Assembly (NCBI GenBank): GCA_964510165.1
Contig: CAZEBC010000090.1
Location: 1 to 15,628 of the forward strand
Length of the DNA stretch: 15,628 nucleotides
Source of the DNA: an uncultured bacterium
Lineage (GTDB): Bacteria > Abyssobacteria > SURF-5
Direction: 5' to 3'
Positions within the stretch are counted from its first letter, which is position 1. Each line of letters opens with the position of its first letter. The notes beneath the pieces were generated by a model. That model was not told where the DNA came from and did no database searches. It was given only the letters and a program-made list of their open reading frames with translations. Shown in pieces: positions 1 to 6,279 of the stretch. The position numbers were made by a program, and so were the translations under genes.

Positions 1-2
1 TG

Positions 3-470
3 CTGGTCGGTTCACCCGAGGTGCGCCGCACACGCCTCGACTCCGCGATTGAGAAGCGTCTCCCGCAAGTCATCGCCCCCGGCGGCCTCGATATGCACAT
101 CCTTCCGGGAAGCGGAATCGAATCAGTACCGTCCGAATATCAGGACAGAGCATGGACCATGCACGGAGAGAACATCGTCCTGTTCAGGACCAGCCTGGAA
201 GAACTCGAGAAAATCGCGCGCAGCATCGCTGATCGCGCAAACCGAGCCGCCGCGCCGGTCGCCATAATGATTCCGCTCCGTGGCTTCTCCGAAGCCAGCA
301 AGAAAGGCGCACCGCTGCACGACCCCGAGACGGACCATGCCTTTATCAGCGCCTTGAAAAAGAATCTCACGCAAAAGGTCAAGCTTGTTGAGATTGACTG
401 CCACATCAACGACGAACAATTTGCCGACGAAGTGATTCGAGTGTTTGATGAAATCATGACCGGGAGATGA
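3..470 (+). CDS. Tm-1-like ATP-binding domain protein (UPF0261 family), C-terminal part; 5'-truncated by the window edge
   Basis: Frame is open from nt 3 (LVGSPEVRRTRLDSA...). It has family-like motifs RLDSAIEKRLPQVIAPGGLDM, RTSLEE, IPLRGFSE, HDPETDHAF and HINDEQFA. It lies directly upstream of a PEP-hydrolase-family gene, the usual partner of this family. Confidence 0.88.
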   Translation: MVGSPEVRRTRLDSAIEKRLPQVIAPGGLDMHILPGSGIESVPSEYQDRAWTMHGENIVLFRTSLEELEKIARSIADRANRAAAPVAIMIPLRGFSEASKKGAPLHDPETDHAFISALKKNLTQKVKLVEIDCHINDEQFADEVIRVFDEIMTGR

Positions 471-1342
471 AGAACATGACCACGCGCATCAGCAGGGCGG
501 AGATACTCGAACGACTCAGAAAAGAGATAGTGGAGGGCAGGCCAATTCTCGGTGCGGGCTGCAGCGCCGGCATCATCGCGAAATGCGCCGAACTCGGCAA
601 GGCCGACCTCATCATTGTCTACAGCACCGGCAAGACGCGGATGATGGGGCTGCCTACCACCATCATCGGGCCGTCAAACCCAATAACGCTCGACATGGCC
701 GACGAACTCATGAACGTGGTCAAGAGCACCCCGATCATCGCGGGCGTTGAGGCAAACGATCCCTTTTATCTCGATATCGACAAATCGCTCAATCGCTTTC
801 TCGATAAGGGATTCAGCGGCGTGATAAACTTTCCAACGGTCGGCCTCTATGAGAATCTCATTGACGGCGGTATGGCTCTCAGAAGATTCACCGAGGGCAT
901 GGCCCACGGCTATGGCGTCGAACACTGGGGATGGCCGCGAGAGGTCGAGATGATACGCGTGCTGCGAGAACGCGATGTCTTCACCATGGCCTATGTCTTC
1001 ACGCCTGCCGACGCCGCCCAGATGGCCGAAGCGGGCGTTGATGTCATATGTGTGCATGTCGGGCCGACCATGGGAGGCCTGACCGGTTTTTCCGAATTGG
1101 AGGATTTGGACAAGCTGCTTCAAAAATCGCAACAGGTGATGGATGCCGCCTGTGGCGCAAACCCCGAGGTGGTCTGTCTCATCCACGGTGGGCCGTTCTA
1201 TGACCCCGAGAGCACGGCGGTCATCTACGAGAAGACCAGCGCCCAGGGCTTTGTCGCTGCGTCGGCCATCGAGCGAATGCCGATAGAGCGAGCAGTGATG
1301 GAAACGTGCCAGGGTTTCAAGAATCATAAATTGAAGGGATAG
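467..1342 (+). CDS. Phosphoenolpyruvate hydrolase family / TIM-barrel signal transduction protein
   Basis: Motifs ILGAGCSAGIIAKCAE, ADLIIVYSTGKTRMMG, GFSGVINFPTVG, HVGPTMGG, LIHGGP and GFVAASAIERMPIERA. ATGA overlap with the upstream stop; alternative start at 476 (GGAG 9 nt upstream). Confidence 0.9.
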   Translation: MKNMTTRISRAEILERLRKEIVEGRPILGAGCSAGIIAKCAELGKADLIIVYSTGKTRMMGLPTTIIGPSNPITLDMADELMNVVKSTPIIAGVEANDPFYLDIDKSLNRFLDKGFSGVINFPTVGLYENLIDGGMALRRFTEGMAHGYGVEHWGWPREVEMIRVLRERDVFTMAYVFTPADAAQMAEAGVDVICVHVGPTMGGLTGFSELEDLDKLLQKSQQVMDAACGANPEVVCLIHGGPFYDPESTAVIYEKTSAQGFVAASAIERMPIERAVMETCQGFKNHKLKG

Positions 1343-1350
1343 CTCTGCAA

Positions 1351-2715
1351 ATGAAACCACGCAAGGTGATTATCCGGAAATGTGAACAATACAACCTCTC
1401 CGCGATAGAGGGCATAATCAGGGAAGGCCTGCATGACCTTGGCGAAAGACCATCCGGCAAGATACTGATCAAACCGAACGTAGTCATGGCGAATTCCAAT
1501 TACGTTCATCATGCCCACACCGAGCCGCGTGTCGTCGCGGCGATGGTCAACGTGCTCCGCTCCGCCTCTGCGCGCGATATCACCATCGGCGAGTCCGGCG
1601 GCATCGGCATGCCCACGCGCTTGATGTTCACCGATTCCGGCTACCGCGCAATGGCCAGGAGGCTTGATGTTCCGCTCAGAAATTTCAACCTTGAGCGCAC
1701 CCGGCGGGTCACTCTGTCCAAGGCCAAATGGCACAAGAGCATGCTTGCCGCCAAATCCCTTTGCGAGGCCGAATACAAGATATGGATGCCGAAGCTGAAA
1801 TATCACATCGTCTGTCAGATCACCAACGCGCTCAAGCTCAACATCGGCATCCTCACGCACAAGGAGCGGTTCCTCTACCACGACGACCGGCTCAACGATA
1901 AGATCGTTGACCTGCTTGAACTTGGGTATCCCGACCTTATCGTGACCGACGCGATAACCATCGGCCACGGATTCGAGTCAAGCCCGTATCCGTTCCATCT
2001 CGGCGTCATCATGCTCTCCAATGAACCGCTGGCCTCGGACATGGTCGCCGCTCGAATCCTGAATTACCAGCCCGAGGAGGTTTTGCATCTTGTCGAGGCG
2101 CAACGCAGAGGCTACGGCTCGCTCGATTTCGATGACATTGAGATTTCCGGCGATGCAAATATCGAGGAGTTGGCCGACAAGACCCGCCGCATCGAGCCGC
2201 CGTATCCGGCCCATTTCAGTCTGCACATGGTCAAGACGCCCATAAAGTTCTACGAGGGGATAAACCGCGACACCGGCAACCTCTGTTACGGCGGCTGCAT
2301 CTGCTCCATCAAAGGCGTCCTCGGCACGGCGGAAAAGAGATACGCCGGCACGCTCGCAGGCGCCAAATCGGGCGCAATCGTGATGGGGCATTACAAGGGC
2401 GATGTCATTCATCCCGACGGCCCTGTCGCCCTTATCGGAACGTGCTCTGGGGTCGAGGGCAGGCTCGAGGCCGCGAAAGTGTACCACATCAAGGGTTGCC
2501 CGCCGAAAGTCGCCGAGTTGGCCGTCACGCTCCTGCACAAGTTCAACATCAAGAGTCCGGCATTCGAACTCCGCAACATCGCGAAGGTGGCGCGGCATAC
2601 CGTTGCGGAACAGTTTCTGAAAATGCTGATTCCGTTTTCGCCCGCAATCTCGCCTCACCCCGCCAACCCGAGATTACCCCTCAATCTGGATGCCGATGAA
2701 AGAGGTATAAAATGA
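1351..2715 (+). CDS. DUF362 domain-containing protein with a Cys-containing C-terminal extension (possible Fe-S)
   Basis: DUF362-like motifs ILIKPNVV, TEPRVV, IGESGG, PKLKYH, TNALKLNIG and DAITIGHG. C-terminal CYGGCICS...IGTCS...IKGCPP. Confidence 0.85.
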   Translation: MKPRKVIIRKCEQYNLSAIEGIIREGLHDLGERPSGKILIKPNVVMANSNYVHHAHTEPRVVAAMVNVLRSASARDITIGESGGIGMPTRLMFTDSGYRAMARRLDVPLRNFNLERTRRVTLSKAKWHKSMLAAKSLCEAEYKIWMPKLKYHIVCQITNALKLNIGILTHKERFLYHDDRLNDKIVDLLELGYPDLIVTDAITIGHGFESSPYPFHLGVIMLSNEPLASDMVAARILNYQPEEVLHLVEAQRRGYGSLDFDDIEISGDANIEELADKTRRIEPPYPAHFSLHMVKTPIKFYEGINRDTGNLCYGGCICSIKGVLGTAEKRYAGTLAGAKSGAIVMGHYKGDVIHPDGPVALIGTCSGVEGRLEAAKVYHIKGCPPKVAELAVTLLHKFNIKSPAFELRNIAKVARHTVAEQFLKMLIPFSPAISPHPANPRLPLNLDADERGIK

Positions 2716-3986
2716 CCGGTCTTCTGTTCACTCCGATCCGAATTGGAAAACTTGAGATTGCGGGGCGCTTGGTCAAGTCCGCCACTACCGAAACCCGATG
2801 CACGCCCGACGGCTTCGTGACTGACGAACTCATCGAATACTATGAGCAGATGGCCCAGGGCGACACGCCGCTCCTCATCACCGGCAACGCCTTCTTCAAC
2901 CTCTACTCCAAGGCGAGTCCGCGCCAACTGGCTGCCGATAACGACGACAAACTTCCCGGACTCCGCCGCCTCGTTGACGCTGTCCACCACGCCGGCCAGC
3001 GAGCATCGAAGATATTCATGCAAATCTATCATGTGGGCCGCCAGGCCATTCCCCGCTTTGTTGGACGCAGCGACGCGGTCGCGCCCTCTGCCGTGTTCGA
3101 GCCCTCGCTCGGAGTGCGCCCGCGCGCCATCACCCGCGAGGAAATACGCGAAACGATCCGGGGTTTCGCCGACGCCGCCGACCGTGCCCAACGCGCGGGA
3201 TTCGACGGAATTCAGATTCATGCGGCGCACGGCTACCTGCTCAGCGAATTCCTGACCCCCCACACAAACCGCCGCAGCGACGAGTATGGTGGCTCCTTCG
3301 AGAACCGCCTCCGGCTCCTGGTCGAAGTCTATCGCGCCATCCGTGAGCGTGTCGGTCCGGATTATGCCGCCATCATGAAGCTCAATGGTTCCGACGATCT
3401 CCCGCTCCGAAAGGGTCTGAAGCCTGCCGATCTGGCACAAGTGGCCAAGCGGATGGAGGACGAAGGGTTGGATGCCGTCGAGATTACGGCGGGGCATTAC
3501 GAGTCCGGCTTCACTTTCGAGCGCGGTCAATGGAAGGGATTCTTTTCGACGGTCACCACAATCGGCATGGGCACGAATCTTCCTTGGTATCATCGCGGAT
3601 TCGCGCGCCTGATGGCGCCGCTCTTCGATTGGGGTCTCGGCCGCATCGCGCCCTACTCCGAAGGCTTCAACTTGCGTTACTCGCGACTCTTCAAACAGGC
3701 GCTCCGCATTCCCGTCATCTGCGTCGGCGGCTTCATTCATCGCGACGCGATGGAGCGCGCCATCGCAAACGGCGAATGCGATATGATTGCCGTCGCCCGC
3801 GCGCTCATCGCCGACCCGCACCTCTACCGCCATATGCGGGAGGGCGTGCAAGGCTCGCAGTGCAACTTCTGCAACGCCTGCTACGCCCGGGGCGCCATGT
3901 TCCCCGTTGATTGTTACAATGAGGAGGTCCGACACCACCGCGACAGCATGCTGCGCGAGGAAACCAGCCTCCCCAACCGCAAATGA
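2712..3986 (+). CDS. NADH:flavin oxidoreductase, Old Yellow Enzyme family
   Basis: LFTPIRIG...RLVKSAT, AGFDGIQIHAAHGYLLSEFLTPHTNRRSDEYGGSFENRLR, VICVGG and ARALIADP. C-terminal CNFCNAC...C. ATGA overlap with the upstream gene. Confidence 0.95.
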   Translation: MTGLLFTPIRIGKLEIAGRLVKSATTETRCTPDGFVTDELIEYYEQMAQGDTPLLITGNAFFNLYSKASPRQLAADNDDKLPGLRRLVDAVHHAGQRASKIFMQIYHVGRQAIPRFVGRSDAVAPSAVFEPSLGVRPRAITREEIRETIRGFADAADRAQRAGFDGIQIHAAHGYLLSEFLTPHTNRRSDEYGGSFENRLRLLVEVYRAIRERVGPDYAAIMKLNGSDDLPLRKGLKPADLAQVAKRMEDEGLDAVEITAGHYESGFTFERGQWKGFFSTVTTIGMGTNLPWYHRGFARLMAPLFDWGLGRIAPYSEGFNLRYSRLFKQALRIPVICVGGFIHRDAMERAIANGECDMIAVARALIADPHLYRHMREGVQGSQCNFCNACYARGAMFPVDCYNEEVRHHRDSMLREETSLPNRK

Positions 3987-4015
3987 ATGAAAGGGGCGGT
4001 AGAATGACAGAATGA

Positions 4016-4051
4016 GATTCTTTTCTCGCCGCTGGCGGGGTCGAAATGACA
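4016..4051 (+). repeat. REP-like intergenic repeat, longer variant with an internal hairpin
   Basis: GATTCTTTTCTCGCCGCTGGCGGGGTCGAAATGACA shares the GATTC...TGACA ends with copy A and contains a CGCC-GCT-GGCG stem-loop. Confidence 0.4.
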
Positions 4052-4096
4052 TGGTGGAGTCAATTTTGGGTTTCGAGATTCGGAAGGAGAGTGTAG

Positions 4097-4867
4097 ATGT
4101 TCTCGCTTGAGGGAAAGATAGCGGTGGTTACGGGTGGCGCATCGGGCATCGGGCGCGCAACGGTGGAGCGGTTCGCCAAGGCCGGGGCGCGTCTGTGCGT
4201 CGGCGACCTGAACGACGCGAGCGGTCTCGCCAAAGAGGTGGGGGGTGTGTTCGTAAAGGCCGATGTCACCAAAGAGGAGCAAGTGAAGGCGCTCATGGAA
4301 AAGGCGGCGGAGACGTTCGGGCGTATTGATGTCGTCATCAACAATGCGGGCGGGGGCGCGGTGAGCGAGCACGATTTCCTGACCTTCCTTTCGACGGAGG
4401 ATTTCGACGCCTGCTACCGGCTTAACCTGCTGGGGGTGGTTTACGGCATCAAGCACTCGGTGGAACATATGACTCGGGGCGGCTCCATATTGAACACTGC
4501 CTCGGTAGCAGGGTTACAAGGAGCGCCGAGGTACTCGCCCTACGCGGCGGCCAAGGCCGGCGTGGTCGGCGTCACCCGCACCGCCGCGCTCGAACTGGCT
4601 GCGCGCAATATTCGGGTGAATTGTGTGTGTCCCAGCGTGGTTGACACTCCACTCGCGCGCCGGGCTGACGTATCGGGCGAGTTCAAGCTGGCGCCATACC
4701 TGGCGCCGCTCGGGCGGGTCTGCAAGCCCGAGGAGGTGGCCGCGGTGTTCCATTTTCTCGCGAGCGACGAGGCTTCGCTCATCACCGGACAGGCCATCAG
4801 CATTGACGGCGGCATGACGGCGGGCCTGAGCATGCGGCTGGTTGCCCCGCTGCTTGAGACGCTGTAA
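4097..4867 (+). CDS. SDR family NAD(P)-dependent oxidoreductase
   Basis: TGGASGIG Rossmann motif, NNAG, catalytic S (NTASVAG) and YAAAK, NIRVNCVCP, ITGQAISIDGG. RBS AAGGAG upstream. Confidence 0.96.
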   Translation: MFSLEGKIAVVTGGASGIGRATVERFAKAGARLCVGDLNDASGLAKEVGGVFVKADVTKEEQVKALMEKAAETFGRIDVVINNAGGGAVSEHDFLTFLSTEDFDACYRLNLLGVVYGIKHSVEHMTRGGSILNTASVAGLQGAPRYSPYAAAKAGVVGVTRTAALELAARNIRVNCVCPSVVDTPLARRADVSGEFKLAPYLAPLGRVCKPEEVAAVFHFLASDEASLITGQAISIDGGMTAGLSMRLVAPLLETL

Positions 4868-4900
4868 GGGAAAGGGGCAGCAACGAAAACTCTTTCATAA

Positions 4901-4935
4901 CACCAAGTCACCAACGACACGAAGAAATCACCAAG
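4901..4935 (+). repeat. Four imperfect CAC(C/G)AA(G/C) heptamer direct repeats
   Basis: CACCAAG (4901), CACCAAC (4909), CACGAAG (4918) and CACCAAG (4929), spaced 8-11 nt apart in the convergent intergenic gap. Confidence 0.45.
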
Positions 4936-4939
4936 GTGG

Positions 4940-4965
4940 GATTCCTCGCGTCGCTCAGAGTGACA
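4940..4965 (+). repeat. REP-like intergenic repeat, copy A
   Basis: GATTCCTCGCGTCGCTCAGAGTGACA; 21/26 identical to the copy at 11375-11400; lies between convergent genes. Confidence 0.6.
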
Positions 4966-4987
4966 GGTTGCCGGGAGTGACTTGTGT

Positions 4988-5710
4988 TCAGAATGACAGA
5001 TCGGTGCCGGCGTCCTCGCAGCACTCAAGCGAGAGTGTCTTCAGCGTTTCGATTTCGATGCGGATGTATTCGCGGGTTAGACAGGCCATGGCGCGATAGA
5101 AATGACTGGTGGTCCTTTCGAGAATTCTGCGGGCAAGCGTGGGAACCCATATCGCGAGGTGTTCTTCGAGAAAGCGTTTTTCGGACGCGAGATACTGCGA
5201 GGCAAGAGAACGGTTTTTTTGGTCCCATGCTCGTGCTTCGCGGTCGCAGAGATATTGCATCACTTGCAGCTCCAGCCCGATATGGTCTGGCAGGCCGCGG
5301 TAGGACTGCTCGATCTCGGCGCCGATGAGGCGTATGATCTTGCGCACGTCGAGCGTCGAGCGTCCCACCAACAGCCCTTTGGTTTTCTTTCCCGCTATCT
5401 CGCATTCGTCCCGATAGACCGACTCATACGGGGTCACATATTGTCCGAAAGGCGCCACAAAAAGGTTTGTATATTCAATCTCCAGCGGGAGAATGTCTCC
5501 GGTGTAACGCCTCGCGAACTCTCTGAGATTTTCCACGCACGCGTCACTGAAAACGGTGGAGAATTCGTCGAGAACTTCATCCTGCGCGAGCATGTCCACC
5601 ACGTGTTTCTGCGGTTTGCCGAGGAATACGGACGCCAGAAACCGGTATGCAGCGCTCCTGAATTCCGCAACCTCGGCTATGATGACGCGCTCCCTGGACT
5701 TGAGGTTCAT
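4988..5710 (-). CDS. TorD/DmsD-family molybdoenzyme maturation chaperone
   Basis: Motifs YTNLF, PYESVY, PDHIGLEL and FLEEHLAIW. Start moved from 5734 to ATG 5710, which follows a purine-rich RBS (GAGGAGGGAGAGAGG). Last gene of the molybdoenzyme operon. Confidence 0.93.
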   Translation of the reverse strand: MNLKSRERVIIAEVAEFRSAAYRFLASVFLGKPQKHVVDMLAQDEVLDEFSTVFSDACVENLREFARRYTGDILPLEIEYTNLFVAPFGQYVTPYESVYRDECEIAGKKTKGLLVGRSTLDVRKIIRLIGAEIEQSYRGLPDHIGLELQVMQYLCDREARAWDQKNRSLASQYLASEKRFLEEHLAIWVPTLARRILERTTSHFYRAMACLTREYIRIEIETLKTLSLECCEDAGTDLSF

Positions 5711-5730
5711 CCTCTCTCCCTCCTCTTCTT

Positions 5731-6258
5731 TCAAACGAAACGTATCGAAGGATTCGTAAGGTCAGGAGAAGCGAAACGGGGCGGCGCGTTTCCGATCTCG
5801 TTCGGCGTGAAGTCGCGCGTGTATCGAATTGCGCGTCCGACGCACGCATCCACACATGCGGGGCGCAGGTTCTCACCGGCGCCGACCCTGTGGACGCAGA
5901 ACGTGCACTTCTCGACCTTCTTGGTGGTTTCGTTGAATCGGGGCGCACCGTACGGACACGCCCACATGCAGTAGCGGCACCCTATGCATCTGTCCTGGTC
6001 AATCAAGACGATGCCATCGCCCGGCCGCTTCGTGATTGCGCCGACCGGACACGAAACCATGCACGCCGGATTGGCGCAGTGGTTGCACGCCATGGTGACG
6101 AACTGTCGTGTAGGATTCGGATAGGCGCCTCCATCCTCGGTCACCACCCACCGATAGTTCGTATCGAGCGGGGTATTGTTCTCGGATTTACACGCGATCA
6201 CGCACGTTTTGCAACCGGTGCATCTCCCCAAATCGATCTCCCAGCCGTACTGTGCCAT
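5731..6258 (-). CDS. 4Fe-4S dicluster electron-transfer subunit (DmsB/TtrB/PsrB-like, four clusters), no signal peptide
   Basis: Cys groups CTGCKTCVIAC, CNHCANPACMVSCP, CIGCRYCMWACPY and KCTFC...PACVDAC. ATG 6258 is best spaced from GGAGG; 6264 and 6267 are alternative starts. Confidence 0.95.
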   Translation of the reverse strand: MAQYGWEIDLGRCTGCKTCVIACKSENNTPLDTNYRWVVTEDGGAYPNPTRQFVTMACNHCANPACMVSCPVGAITKRPGDGIVLIDQDRCIGCRYCMWACPYGAPRFNETTKKVEKCTFCVHRVGAGENLRPACVDACVGRAIRYTRDFTPNEIGNAPPRFASPDLTNPSIRFV

Positions 6259-6279
6259 TTTCATCACCCTCCCGAACGC

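Noticed and set aside
2655-4052. 465-aa minus-strand ORF, and similar long antisense or alternative-frame ORFs (674-1360, 1324-1968, 1978-2658, 5102-5974, 6877-7926, 8110-8973, 11690-12514)
   Set aside because: All overlap well-supported genes, lack recognisable motifs, and are expected from codon bias in GC-rich DNA.
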